DNA of 64,000 nt from the human T2T-CHM13v2.0 reference genome, Homo sapiens, in assembly GCF_009914755.1 (NCBI RefSeq), contig NC_060927.1; one strand, 5' to 3'. The notes beneath the pieces were generated by a model. That model was not told the DNA's origin, ran no database searches, and saw nothing but the letters and a program-made list of their open reading frames with translations. The position numbers were made by a program, and so were the translations under genes. Positions 42,508 to 58,274 of the stretch are shown here, in pieces (within the stretch, counting starts at the first letter, position 1; every line of letters starts with the position of its first letter).

Positions 42508-43568
42508 TGTTGCGGGAAGTCAGGGACCCCAAAAAGAGGGATCGGCTGAAGCCATGACAGAAGAACGTGGATTGTGAAGATTTTATGGACATTTATTAGT
42601 TCCCCAAATTAATACTTTTGTAATTTCTTATGCCTGTCTTTACTGCAATCTCTAAACATAAGTTGTGAAGATTTCATGGACACTTATCACTTCCCCAATC
42701 AATACCCTTGTGATTTCCTATGCCTGTCTTTACTTTAATCTCTGAATCCTGTCAGCCGAGGAGGATGTATGTCACCTCAGGACCATGTGATAATTGCATT
42801 AACTGCACAAATTGTACAGCATGTGTGCTTGAGCAATATGAAATCTGAGCACCTTGAAAAAAGAACAGGATAACAGCAGTTGTTCAGGGAATAAGAGAGA
42901 TAACCTTAAATTCTGACTGCTGGTGAGCCAGGCAGAATAGAGCTGTATTTCTCTTCTTTCAAAAGCAAATGGGAGAAATATCACTGAATTCTTTTTCTCA
43001 GCATAGAACTTCCCTGAGAAAGAGAATGCACACCTGCGGGTGGGTCTCTACACTGGTCCCCCCGGGGGTGTGGCCATCTCTTAGGGTCCAGTCTGCAGAG
43101 ATGAAATAAGCTCCAGTCTCCCATAGTGCTCCCAGGCTTATTAGGAAGAGGAAATTCCCACGTAATAAATTTTGGTCAGACCAGTTTATCTCAAAACCCT
43201 GTCCCTGATAAGATGTTATCAATGACAATGGTGCCCGAAGCTTCATTAGCAATTTTAATCTCGCCTCGGTCCTGTGGTCCTGTGATCTCGCCCTGCCTCC
43301 ACTTGCCTTGTGATATTCTATTACCCTGTTAAGCACTTGATATCTGTCACTTACAGCTATTCACACACTCCCTCCCCTTTTGAAAATCTCTAATAAAAAC
43401 TTGCTGGTTTTTGCTGCTTGTGGGGCATCACGGATCCTACCAACGTGTGATGTCGCCCAGCTTTAAAATTTCTCTCTTTTGTACTCCGTCCCTTTATTTC
43501 TCAAGCCAGCTGATGCTTAGGAAAAATAGAAAAGAGCCTACGTGATTATCGGGGCAGGTCCCCCGATG
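42508..43568 (+). mobile_element. MER11 (HERV-K11/HML-8) solo LTR, MER11B-like
   Basis: TGTTGCGGGAAGTCAGGGACCCC...GGGGCAGGTCCCCCGATG with perfect 6-bp TSD AACACT (42502-42507 and 43569-43574). Empty paralogous site near 59738. Confidence 0.9.
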
Positions 43569-45310
43569 AACACTTGTGTTGAAAGCAAAGTTTTATAAAC
43601 AATATTTTTCTGAGTTTGGAAATGAAGCCTCCAAAATGCATCAGTGTGCAAAGATGTGCTGCCTGTGTTATTATCAGATATGCTCTATTATGTATTTTTC
43701 TCTGCTTTAGAAAGCCTAATACTTTTAAAGGATCTCTGTAATTTCTTTCTATATTAGTAAGAGGAAAATTATTTTATCATATCCATTATTATTTTTAAAG
43801 AAATTTTAAAAGGCTATTTAATATATAATAATTTTGTATTTGGTTTACAGCATGCCAAGATTGCTGGGAACAAAAAGAGTGAAGAATCTTGATATCTCAT
43901 TATTATGTCTAAAATCTTGAAAACCAAAACACCTATTAAAATAAATTTTAAAATGATAATTTATTATCTTTTTAACCTGACTATAATGATGTTATAAATT
44001 CTGGCTAATTAAAATTTTTAAAGCTGGGTTTAAATCTTCAATTCACTCTGATTGTTACATAAGAAACTTTTCTGATGGTTGTTATGTAGTTTCATTCTGT
44101 ATAATCACATTCTGCAATGAAAAATTTATGATCCGTCAATTAAATATTTTTTCCTCTATACTTTCACCACTTCTCTCCATAATTTCATTGATTATTTCTT
44201 ATATATGGTGTATAAATTATAAATAATTAAATCCATAGAAATACCCATTTTTCATATTCATTTTAGATACACATGGTAATACTAGCAATAGTTATAGTAT
44301 ATGTATATCTATGCATATATCTCAGAAAATATGCAGAAAATGTACTTCCCTAAACTTATTAGCATTTACGATTTTAAAAGCACCTTGAAACAACTTGAAT
44401 TTTAGAGTTGTTCATTATTTTGTAATTTGAGATTTCAGGGAAGGATTGCATGAGATTGTCTATTAAAAATTTACAAGTAGAATTACTGTCCTTTATTTAT
44501 TACAATGTTTGTATTAGGATCCAGTCTTTGTTTTGGTTGATTCTGCTAAAAATAATCAAAGAAAAAAACTGACAGAGAAGAAAGTGTTCTTAAAGTCAGC
44601 AACATTTCTTGAGAAATTTAGTTTTAATCACTGTAATAGCAAAGATAAAGCAACATTTAAATACGGAGTAAACTTTCAGAAAATGCTGATATATTCATGA
44701 ACAGTGGAAAATTTATGGGGGAAAATTATACTCAAAGTCTCTTTATCATACACAAATTGCATAGGAAAATGAACTTTGAAATTTTTTTTAAAGAAAATGA
44801 AAAGACTCTCAGAGCTCTCTGTGGCATTCATGAACACCAGAGTTAATGCACAGGTTCAACACAAGCTTCTGAGCTCGTCCCTCTATTTTGCCTTAGTGCA
44901 TCTATGATACTTCCTCTCTCCCTGTTTTGTGGCTTGTCTTTTTACACCTACCCACCTATGACTTCATTATTCTCTGCCTATTTTTCTTCCTCATTCTTGT
45001 TGTACTTCACCCACCCACACAAATTTCCCTTTCCCCTTTTTCTATCCTTTATCTCCTCTCGACATCATCTTCTCCTGTTCTCTCAATTGTCTATCTTTAC
45101 TTTTGAGAACTCTTCTTAAATCTTCCACAGGCGGAAAAATATTAAATTACTCTGTGACCAGTAACACATGCCAACTGTTTTCTACATGTCTTAGAGGACT
45201 CTATCACATTCCTTCACTGCTGCTTGTCTCCCATTCACTTCTTATTTGCAGACCATTACTCTATTACATATAGGAAACGGTTCTCACTAAAGCCACTAAA
45301 AATCACTTAA

Positions 45311-45636
<326 letters not shown>

Positions 45637-46339
45637 GAAAAAAAAAATCACACAAAAAATCACTTAATTTCTATATGCAGTGATTTCCTTTCACTCCTTG
45701 TCCTACTAGAGCATTTAGTTTGTCATTTTCCCCTGTACTTCACTGCATCACACTTCACATCTTCCCTCTCTCTTTATGTCCACAACATTCAGCTTTTTAG
45801 TTCCCTCCCACTTCTTCCCTTCAACACTCTGCTCAGTATCCTTTTCTCTTGTCTCCCTGGTCTCTCTTTTGAAAATCCCAGGGCTTTGGGTTGCAACAGG
45901 AAGTAAGTTATTGAATTGATATTTACCACTGAAATCACAGTGAAGTTGGAGAAGTCAGCTGGACAGTATGGCAGCAACAGGAGGAAGCAAAACAGCCAGT
46001 CAGCAGCCAAAATCTTATTCTGATAGCAGCTTCATGAGGGTGGTTGTTTCTGCTTCTGTGCTTCCAATGACACAGCTTACATTTTCAATGGCATTGTTCT
46101 AGATGCAGGATGCACATGATAGGATCTTGATATTTTTGCTTCAACTGACTTTGCACTATTTTTTTCTTTATTCGTGTGCATTTGTCTCCATCTATCTCCA
46201 AATCTTGGATGGGTTTGGTTGGAAAATCTAGGTGAAATTCTTTGTCTGCCACAGTCATGTAGCAGAAAAGTGTTCCAGATTTTATCCATCTCATGAATGA
46301 CCTTTTTACATAACCTTTTTACATAACTTTCTCAAGTTG

Positions 46340-47712
46340 TTTTTTCATTTTTTACAAACAAAATCAATATTTTTTTCAGATATGAAAGTTACATATGCAG
46401 GTTTGCTACATGTGCATATTGGAAGCCGGTAGTGACCATAGTACCCAATAGGTAGTTTTTCAAACCATTACTCCACCCTCCTCTCACCACGCTGTTAGTC
46501 TGCAGTACCTATTATTCCCATGTTTATTTCCATTTGTGCTCAATGTTTATCTCTAAGTTATAAGTGAGAACATGCGTCATTTGGTTTTCTGTTCCTGAAT
46601 TAGGATTAAACCTGCTTAGGATTATGGCCTCTAGCTGCATCCATGCTGTTGCAAAGGACATGATTTTATTTTCTTTACAGCTGCATACTATTTTATGGTG
46701 TGTATTTACCCCATTTTTTAATCCAATTAACCACTGGTGAATGGCAAGTTTCATTCCATGTCTTGCTATTTTGAATAGCATGGCAATGAATATATGAGTG
46801 CATGTATCTTAATAAATAAAACAGCATGTTCCTGGTACAAAAACAGACACATAGACCAATGGAAAAGAGTAGAAAATTCAGAAATTAATCCATGCACTTA
46901 CAACCATCTGATCTTCAACAAGCAATAGAGAAAGGATCCCCTATTCAATAAATGGTCCTGGGACAACTGGCTAGACATATGCAGAAGTAAAAAGTGGATC
47001 CTTACCTTTCACCATATAAAAAATTAACTTGAGATAAACTAATATTTAAATGTAAGACCTCAAATTATAAAAATCATACAAGAAAGCCTAGAAAATATTC
47101 TTCTTGACATTAGATTTGGTAAATATTTTTTGGCTATGTTCCCAAAAGCAACTACGATAAAAACAAAAACTGAAAAATGGGTCCTAATTAAACTAAAGAG
47201 CTTCTGGACAACAAAAGGAACTATCAACAGAGTATACAAACAACCAAGAGAATGGCAGAAATTATTCACAAACTATGCATCTAACAATTTGCTAATATTT
47301 GTAATCTATCTATAAGGAACTTAAATCCACAAGAAAGAAACAGATAAACCCATTAATAATAGGGCAAGGAACATGAACAAATGTTTCTTGAAAGAAGAGA
47401 CACAAATGGTCAACAAACAATGAAAAAATGCTCATCATCGGTAGTCATCAGAGAAATGCAAATCAAAACCAGAATGAGACACCATCTCACACTAGTCAGA
47501 ATGGCTTTTTTAAAAGTAAAAAACCAACAGATGCCAGAAAGGCTGTGGAGAAAAGAGAGTGTTTATACACTGTTGGTGGGAAGGTGTATTAATTAGTTCA
47601 GCCACTGTGATTAGCAGTCTATAGATTTCTCAAAGTAGTTAAAAAAGAGCTATCGTTTAACCCAGCAATCCAATTACTGCATATATACCAAAAGATAATT
47701 AGATCATTACAC
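46340..47712 (-). mobile_element. Old L1 (L1PA15/16-like) with 5' inversion
   Basis: 3' part on minus at 46340-46810 and the adjacent upstream ORF2 part on plus at ~46818-47712. The two parts are contiguous in L1 coordinates. Confidence 0.8.
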
Positions 47713-49522
47713 CACCAAGCGTTTTTGTTTGTGCTCTGTTTCTCTTTCTTCCTGTTCTCTAGAATAGGTAAAACATCCATAACTATGGCTTCTGACTTGC
47801 AAATTATTTTTTCTATTGCTCTAGTAGAATTATATTACTAATACTAAACAGTTCACCTATATGTTCAAAGCATGCTCACACTACACACTTGTCAATGCAT
47901 CTGAGTCCTCAGTCTGTATTTTGGATGACAAACTGCCCACTCACGAAGTGACTCCTTTTTTCCTTCACTGAAATTACTTTCCAATCAAATATGTGACTAA
48001 GTCCCAGTGGTGCTACATTCTGAATGCTTCAGCATCTATTTCTGAATTCTCCTCATTGTTGCCAACATTATATTACACAGGGATGAGGCAATTTAATTTA
48101 ATTTTGTGTCATGTCAATATCTATCTCTGTATATTAAGCTGCTTAGTCCAGTCTTCAGAAGAGTTTTCAGTGACTCCTTTATTATCTATGTAGTATTTTC
48201 CCACTTCTTTGTCTCTTTCTAGAAAAATCCTATGAAAACAGATAATTGATTTACATGTCTACCAAGCAAATATGCCCTTTGCATACCAACTAGCTTAACA
48301 TCCATGATCTAAGTTATATTTTTTCTTTAAGGAGTCCTTTTACAGCCAAAAAATTTACATGGACTATTTAAATATGAAATATGAATATTTCAAATAAGTA
48401 TATTACGTTTTATTTCCTAATGGATGCTCATTAACGTTACTCTATATGTACTCCAAAGAAAAATCTGAACATGTTACCACCATTTTCAAAATCCTTCAAT
48501 AGTTTTTTTCTGTAAATTGAACTACACTCCAAGGTTCGTTTAAAGTTTTCCCATACTGGCCTCACTGAACACATCTGACCCTTCTCTGCTTCTCTGTTTG
48601 CATACCAGTCACATTTATCATTTATTGTTTCTCCATGATCAAGTATCTCTGATAATCTAGGTCCTCCCATGATGAAGGCCTGTTGGATGCAAATGTCCAC
48701 AGTCATCACTGTGTTAGAAATAAAGGCTCCTGAATGACTCACGCCAGAACTACTAAAACAGAGTCTGCATTTTTGACAACATCACTAGGAAAGTCATAGG
48801 CATTATAGTTTGAGCAGCACAGATATAGGACACCTTACAGTGTGGTGTCTGTGTTTTTCGATTTGCTCTCCTGTTGAACTATGCCTAATAAAGTTTCCCA
48901 TGAGATTTTAGCTTACAACAGGGGAACAAGGTTTATGTCAAAAATTTGAGCTGTAATTTGCATGGGGAAGACAACCGTATTTGGGTTTGGCTCCTGAGGG
49001 AATCAGAGACTTTGGCCTTGTTAAAATTATGTTTTGATTACTTCGGAGGAGACCATCCTAATCAAAACACTAAGAGTAGATTTCATATGTGAACTAAAAC
49101 TTGCACAAACATGCCAGAAGTGCCACCTGTGGTGGTAAATAGTGGCATAAGTACTATGTCAATTGTTAAAACTGGAAGTGTCTACATTGAAATGATGGTT
49201 ATGATTCCAGAATTTGTACTGCCATTTGAGACAACCTGCACTTCTCATACATGACCAAATCCACCGTGCTCACTAGAACAGCATCGATTTGTCCTACAGG
49301 GAGTCTTCTGGCACTCTTATGAGAATTTTGGTTTTTCTGCTCCTTCATCTTCTGGCAAAAGTACAGAGTTGTACTACTGAATGATTCTATGTTCAATTCA
49401 AATTTATATTAACAACATTTTCCTGAGAATGGGAAAAGAAACATCCAAAAAGAATGAATATGCCATGAATTGTTGGCATTCCTGTGTTGTTATATTTTAT
49501 TTCTGTTTTAGAAAGCCTAATG

Positions 49523-49986
<464 letters not shown>

Positions 49987-51778
49987 TAACCAGGTTGAAA
50001 TTAGACAACAAATATTGGGTTATCTTTATATTTTAGTTTCATGACTATAATATGGATAGGGTAAATAGTTATAAGACTAAATTGTTATTTTGATGATATT
50101 TTAGTATTTTGTTAACGTTATAATGATTTTATAAGATAACTTCTGGTGAACTAGTACGTTAAATAATTAGAACTGGGTTTAAGGATTCAGATCATAATGA
50201 TTCTTAGAATTATTTCTAAATTTTCTGATACAAATACCCATTCTTTTACTTAATTACATCCTCTGATTAAAGCTTTTAAGGTGAGTCACTTACATATTAA
50301 CCCTTGTAAACTTATACCCATTTTAACAATAATTTGACAGCTCACACTGTAAATGTTTTTACTGTGGATGAAAGATGCGTTAGGTGGAGTCCTAGTATTT
50401 CTGCCTTGGCTGACTTTGCAAAGAAAATCTGCCTTTGTTCCTAAACTATTTTCTCCCTCTTTCTCCATATTCCAAATGTAGCATGAGTGTGTTTCATTGG
50501 CCATCCTAGATCATGTCTCTTCACTCTAGAAGCAAGAAGAATGGGAAAATGAGTTTCTAGTTCTTTGGCTTTTAGAACAGTAGGTAACCTCTGACAGCCG
50601 CCAAGACTTGGGTGGCAAAAAAGAGGATCAGCTTTTGGCCATCTTCTAAAGGATGCATATCCACTTTGTTACCTCTTTTAATATAATTTCCTTAAGTTTA
50701 TTTTCTTGTCATTCTTTTTTTTACTTGTCTAATCTCCAATGGATACATCATTTTTAACTATGTCTTTGACTACCACAATGATTCCAAGTAATTATTTCTA
50801 TGAAGCTATAGTAGGTTCACATTACTGATTGGATGTCACCTAACTGGTCACATGATGCTCACTCCAAAACTTGCCAGCGCAACTGAGTTCCCATCCTCAA
50901 TATTTAATGACCACTTACCCAGTCACCAAGTGACTCTTCCCTCCTTCATTAACCACTTTTTTTTCTCACCAAATATGTCACAGAATACTAGGGACTCTAC
51001 ATTCTGAATTCTTTTGAATCTATTTCTTTGACTTACCATCTCCTCCAATGACATCACATGGACTAGACCCTTAATATGCTTTTGAATCGCTTTGAGGGTA
51101 TTTTCAAAATGCAGATCCCTAGACTCTGTTTCTGAAATAATTTCCACATTAAAACCTTGCAATCTGTATTTTTCATAGAAAAAACACTGCTAGGTGATTC
51201 TCATGTGTAATCTGATTTGGGATCACCTTGACTTTAGTAACAAGTTTTTGGTTAATATCCATGAGTCAGTTTCCCCTTCCTGTAGCACATTTTCTACACT
51301 ATCAATCACTAAATTAAAAAATATGTTATGATGCCATTTCCCATCTTAAAACATTTGGTGCATGCTTATTATGTGAAGAGTGAAGTTTAAGATTTTTCAC
51401 ATGGCATTCATTTTATTTATTTTTAATCCAAAACCTTCAAAATCCTTTTCCATTAACATTGCATCCATGTACCAGACACAGGATATTTATGCCACATTCC
51501 ATAGTGCACACACAAATTTAGTATATGTAGAGAATCCATCTTTTTAATCTAAATCTATTAATTCCTGAAAAATTGTCAAACTAAAATTTATCATTTTTTA
51601 TTTCTTTAATGCCTCAAATGTATATTCATCAACTATAGCACTGATAAATAAACTTAGGAAACCTCTGATAATTGTACAGTTTATTTCAACACCTCTTCTT
51701 CCATTTCAACTCATAATACCACTGCAAATTTTCTTTCACATTTATTGCATTTTATTTTAGAGGACATGCAGTGATGAC

Positions 51779-52704
51779 ATGGAAGAGGAAAATGCAACAT
51801 TACTGACAGAATTTGTTCTCACAGGATTTTTATGTCAACAAGGATTTTTATGGGAAATACCCCTGTTCCTGGCATTCTTGGTAATAGATCTCATCACCAT
51901 CATGGGGAATCTTGGTCTGATTTTTCTCATCTGGAAAGACCCTCACCTTCATATTTCAATGTACTTATTCCTTGGGAGTTTAGCTTTTGTGGATACTTGG
52001 TTATCATCCACAGTGACTCCGAAGATGCTGATCAACTTCTTAGCTAAGAGTAAGATGATATCTCTCTCTGAATGCATGGTACAATTTTTTTTCCCTTGCA
52101 ATCAGTGTAACCACAGAATGTTTTATCTCGGCATCAATGGCATATGATCGCTATGCAGACATATGCAAACCTTTACTTTATCCAGTCATTATGACCAATG
52201 AACTATGCATCTGGCTATTTGTCTTGTCATTTCTAGGTGGCCTTTTTCATGCTTTAATCCATGAAGGTTTTTTATTCAGACTAACCTTCTGTAACTCCAA
52301 CATGATACAACATTTTTACTGTGACATTATCCCATTGTTAAAGATTTCATGTACTGATTCTTGTATTAATTTTCTAATGTTTTTTATTTTCTCAGGTTCA
52401 ATTCAAGTTTTAACCATTGGGATTGTTTTTGTATCTTATATGTTTGTTCTCTTTACAATCTTAAAAAAGAAGTCTAACAAAGGCATAAGGGAAGCCTTTT
52501 CCACCTGTGGAGCCCATTACATACCTCTCTCTTTATGTTATGGCCTCCTTCTCTTCATGTATGTGGGCCCTGCAGCTCCACAAGCAGATAATCAAGATAT
52601 GATGGAGTATCTATTTTACCCTATCATTGTGCGTTTGTTAAACCATATTACTACAGCCTGAGAAATAAGCAATAATAGGTTCACTCACAAAAATGTTAAA
52701 ATAA
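51779..52704 (+). pseudogene. OR5H4P: Olfactory receptor OR5H-subfamily pseudogene
   Basis: [24 protein letters not shown] and EAFSTCGAH. +1 frameshift in the T-run at 52085-52092 and further indels in TM7/C-terminus. The symbol is from remembered cluster order. Confidence 0.9.
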
Positions 52705-54259
52705 AATATTTGCATTGCATACTTATCTCTCTTCTCTATTCAATAAAATAGTTACAAAATTATGCTAGTTTGAGGTACCTAAGTTTTTGCCAACTTTCAA
52801 ATTTTTTTGTAATTATAACTGTCCTAGCACTATAATGACTTAACATGTTAGAACCTAATTAACTAATTAAAATATTCCTATATGTTATGCAAAAGCATTC
52901 AAGAAATTTTAATCATGTCATAATGACAGCAGAAAGCAAATAAAAATATTTTATAGATTGTATGTTAATCAATATGTCTTTATCAATGTATTAAACGCTA
53001 AAATTATCTAGTTCATCTGATAAGGACTTGAGTGTGATGCTTTTGATACTATTACAACTATATTGCCTGAGACGCCCATCACATTTAACTCATAGTGGAG
53101 GCAAATTTGTGTTTGTGTGAAGAGAGGTAAATCCCAATAATTCTGCTAGTCCTCAAAAGGACTTTCATTTCACTTTTGGGAAAGGGTGAATTCCACTTCT
53201 TGTATGAAATCAACTCACATTTCCAGTAAAGAAATAAACTGAAATTGAAACACAATTAGAAATAAAATGAGAAAGGTGTTAACAGGTGTAAGAGAATGCT
53301 GTTAACTCATTGTGCTTATATGAGCAGGAAAAGAAAAGCTGCCCCTAACTTTCTATATTTGCTTCTAACTTCCTTTCTAGCATGTTTATGTTTTAGACAA
53401 TCTGAAACTCTTCCCTAATTCAGAAAATTAAAAGGTTAAATAGAAGAACTAATATGAAGTAGGCATAGAGAAGAAAAGATAAGTGGCGTAATGGGAAGAA
53501 AATGGTCTTAATCTTCCTAGAAAAAAAATGAAGCTACTAAGATTTTTTAAAGAAAAAGTCATAATACAAAGTTACTGGAATGTGTTCTTGACAACCCGGG
53601 GCTTTAAATTCACATCACCAAAGTTCAAATAATGTTAAGATGATATGACATCACAGTGCCCAGTGAGTAGAGGGAAAAAGATGGACATGAGAAAGAGTTT
53701 GGATATTTTCTGCCTCAAAAAGTCTTTGATTGTTAGCCTTCTTCACACTTCATACTCTTGAATATATGAGTCATTCATCGACCATTCCACTCTGTCAAAA
53801 GATGAAGATGTTTAGACGCCAAAATTCCTTTCACATTCTTACTGATACCACTGAGGCCCTTACTCTAACAACTATTCACATATTGTTTTGGAAACCTCTA
53901 GTTACTTATTTCCTCCATCCTCTAGCACTCACTTACTTCCCCAACATTGCTGTCAGATTGTTTTTTGCAAACAAAACTCTAATGAGTTATATCTCTTTTC
54001 AGTGCCTCTTGTTGGATTGTCGTTGATACCTGATTATATGCATGTATGTTTCAGGTATCAATATCTATGCACATGTTTATTTTTTATGTGTATGTAGAGT
54101 CATGTAATATATATACATAGATACATATATAGTTAAAATATGAATGTAGTGGCACTAGAATTTAGTGGTTATTTGAGGAGATGGTGATGTATTTTGCAAC
54201 ATGAGACTGCATGTGGTTTGGGGCTTTTTGAAGGGGCAAGAGAGGAGATGAAGGTTCTT

Positions 54260-54499
54260 TTTTTTAATTATACTTTAAGTTCTAGGGTACATGTGCACAA
54301 CGTGCAGGTTTGTTACACATGTATACATGTGCCATGTTGGTGTGCTGCACCCATTAACTCGTCATTTACATCAGGTATATCTCCGAATGCTATTCCTCCC
54401 CCCTCCTCCCACCCCACAACAGGCCCCGGTGTGTGATATTCCCCTTCCTGTGTCCAAGTGTTCTCATTGTTCAATTCCCACCTATGAGTGAGAACATGT
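54260..54499 (-). mobile_element. L1PA 3'UTR fragment (L1PA4/5-like, 240 bp)
   Basis: 15-bp TSD GAGATGAAGG(T/C)TCTT at 54245-54259 and 54500-54514. Confidence 0.92.
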
Positions 54500-55299
54500 G
54501 AGATGAAGGCTCTTATAAGGTGAATGCAGAAGGAATGCAAAAAGAAATATTTTATTGGTTAAAGTGGAGCAGTAGCATTATTTCACTCCAGTGAAAAGTC
54601 CCTAGTTAGGGGTGAGTTGGCATTTTCTGGTTGTTTAAATTTAACTTTTGTTTTACCTTTTACACTGAATTGCATTTCTGTTTGCTTAGACAGGAACCCA
54701 CTTTGCTGGAGCCACTTCATCCTAAGGAACTTTTACTTAATGATATTAATTATTTTTTCCCTTTTGGTCAGCCTCCCTCTCAGTTATGAATTATTGACAG
54801 AAACTCAAGCACACAGGCCGCTTTTTCTGGTTTGTCTCTGTCTCAGCATAGAACTCATAAGTTATAATTTCTAGTCTCTTAAGGAAGCTTCTTTTTCAGT
54901 TATTTTTTATTTATTTATTTTTTAAATATTTTATTTATTTTCTTTTTTTGCCGTTCTAATCACAGTGAGAAAACCTGGCATACTTTGATGGCTATAAGAC
55001 TACTGAGAAAATACAGCATACCAGGAAGATTACAGTGATGACTATCACAAGGAAAACAACAAGGTACTGGTATATACTCGATAGCCAAAGTGCCAGTGAA
55101 CCAAACCAACAGAAATAAACCAAATAAAAAGAAAAGGTTAATGGTTATAACAATCTGTGAATTTAGTATTGAGCCCAGAGAGCAGTTAGTTGAGAAGATT
55201 TTTAGATTTAAGCTCAAAGCAACTTTAGATGATGAAATAAAATGGTAGTTGCAATCTAATGATTTTTCTGGTTAGTAATCTGAATGTCTCTGTTTATGT

Positions 55300-55526
55300 C
55301 AGGTATGTCCAATGTCTTAGCTTCCATGGGCCATATTGGAAGAAGAATAATTGTCTTGGGCCACACATAAAATACATTAACACTAATGATAGCTAAAAAA
55401 TGATGAGCTAAAAAAATCACAAAAAAATTCATAATATTTTAAGAAAGTTTATTAATTTGTGTTGGGCCACATTCAAAGCCATCTTTGGCTGCATGCAGCC
55501 TGTGGGCCACATGTTGGACAAGCTTA
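55300..55526 (+). mobile_element. MER30 hAT-Charlie DNA transposon (MITE)
   Basis: CAGGTATGTCCAA...TTGGACAAGCTTA degenerate terminal inverted repeats with perfect 8-bp TSD GTTTATGT (55292-55299 and 55527-55534). Confidence 0.88.
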
Positions 55527-56144
55527 GTTTATGTCATTGGATGTTTTGGTGAACTTCCTTAGCAGCCCACACAGCAGCATGCATGAAGATTGTCCTCTGA
55601 AGTTTATATCAAGTTGCCCAGCCCTAGCTTGCAGGGCTTCAGGAATAGGGCAGTTTATAGGTAGATAATAAAACCTCAAAGACAATGGACAGAACAAGAA
55701 GTTAATAATGGGTGCATTACAGTTATCTACTGAAACATAAATCTTCCCTCTATAGTCACACCCATTTCTTTCAAATATAGTTATAGTAAGATTAATTTGT
55801 TTACAAAACAAGTCTACTCTCATTAAACTTCAACTGAGTATTTACATAAGTGCAGTAGGAATAGGATTGATCATCTCTTTTTAAGTTTACCTTGTTAGAA
55901 CTTTTAATAAATAATCTCGGATTCAACTTTAAAAGCCTGTCCAGGCTATGAAATCATACCAAGAACATAAAATCAGTGTTTACCTGCAATATCCATAGAA
56001 TTAGCTAAACTCTCCTCTACTCAAAATAGGTACTAAAAATATTTTTCAGTTTCCTGAGCCTTCCAGAAAGTGACCTTCCTCTCAAACAATAAGGCTGGAA
56101 AACTTGTGAGCAGATATCAGGTCGGTTTTTCTGAAGGTACTTGC

Positions 56145-56544
56145 TGCTATTTGATTGGATGGACCACTCCAAATCCCATGGTGAAATATGAATCTGAATG
56201 TTGGAGGTAGGACAGAATGGGACGTGTATGAGTCATGGGTACGGATCCCCCATAATAATGGGTGAGTTCTAACTTTCTTAGTTCCTATGATGGCTGATTG
56301 TTAAAAAGTGCCTGACACCTTTGCTTCCTCTCTTGCCTCCTCTCTTGTCATGTGATCGCTGCACATGCCAACTCCATTTCACCTGCCTCCATGAGTGAAG
56401 CAGGCTGAAGCCCTCACCAGAAACAGATGTTAGTGCAATGTTTCTTTTATAGCCTGCAGTATTTTAAGCCAAATAAGCTTCTTTTATATATGAATTACCT
56501 AGCTTCAAGTATTCCTTTAAGGCAACACTGAATGGACTAAGGCA
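56145..56544 (+). mobile_element. MaLR LTR (MSTB-like), paralog of 2331-2753
   Basis: TGCTAT...GGACTAAGGCA with the same flanks as the copy at 2331. Confidence 0.8.
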
Positions 56545-57510
56545 AGGCATAATTAGCTTCATAAAGTCAATTCCTTAATAAAGACAGTTCCTTAAACTGT
56601 CTAGTCATATCTAATTCTACACACATTCTCCAATATGACATTCCAGTCAAAGTTGTGGTCATACAACCAATGTTTCCAAATGTGTTATCTTACAAGAAGA
56701 ACAAATTCTTATTAAACTTTCACAAATACCTATATTGTCATCAAAAGTAGAATACTCAGTTTCTGAATTCTGGATAGATCAGCTAGGGAGAGATAGGTAA
56801 ATGTTTTAATTCTGTTTACAAAGGGTATACTTGACCAAATTTCTGATAAAGATTCTTTAAATCTGGTACGATGTTGTGATTCTAATGTTACCAGAAATCT
56901 TTACTTCTCAGAGCCTTTTCCATGTGCTTGTTAAGATTTTGATCATAGCTACTTACCTAAACATTCATGATACCATCAGCCTTATATATCAAAGGCACAG
57001 TGCTTAGAATTCATATTTAAATGTCATTATTTGCCAAAACAAACAAACAAAAAGAGTGTTGATAGACACAGTCAGGACAAGATAGCCAAGATAACCACAC
57101 TTACAAAGGTAAGGTTTGTGACAGAGACTGAATCAGTGCTTTCACCACTATTTAGTGATTTACTCAAACTTCTCTTTGGGGACCAGAAAGAGAGACATCC
57201 TACAAATGGAGATTCCTTTACATTTCTCTTATAATGGGATCTCAAAATATCTAACATAAAATAGGCTTTGTGCCAGAGATGCGAAATATTTTGGGTATTA
57301 ATTGGTCGGATTATCAAACCATGTTTATTTTATAACTAGATTAATGGTTTAGGGTGAATCCCATTAATAAATAGGATAAGTACTTTCTATTTCTGAACTC
57401 AACATGGATTGACCGGAATGTTTTACAAATAGTACTTCTAATCTTGCCTTACAGAACTGGTTCTTCTTTCTGTGTTTACAAGACTGAATGACAGACCAGT
57501 GAATTATTGA

Positions 57511-57894
<384 letters not shown>

Positions 57895-58274
57895 GAGGGG
57901 TGGATCTTTATTATCTATTTTAGTTACCTAACATTTGGCTTCAGCTGCAGGCTTCACCAGGTTCCAGTATCATTTGAATAAATTGGTGAAATTCAGAGAG
58001 TCCTGGATCATATGATCCAAAAAGGATTCTAAATTCTACAGGAAATTTCTGGGGCTTTTATTTGGAACAGGGACATTTTTCATTATTGCATGGAGCTCAG
58101 ACATTGACCAAGGTGTAAAGGTGGTTAAAGAAGGCAGACCTGGTTGATCTGAGGAATTGACTTAATGGGGCATTTGTCTAGTTTCCTTTTATTCTCATGG
58201 GTGAAAAGGTAACTGAGCAAAAGGCTTAGTACATTTGGAGTTAACGGGTAGAAGATAATAAAGAGAAATATAGA

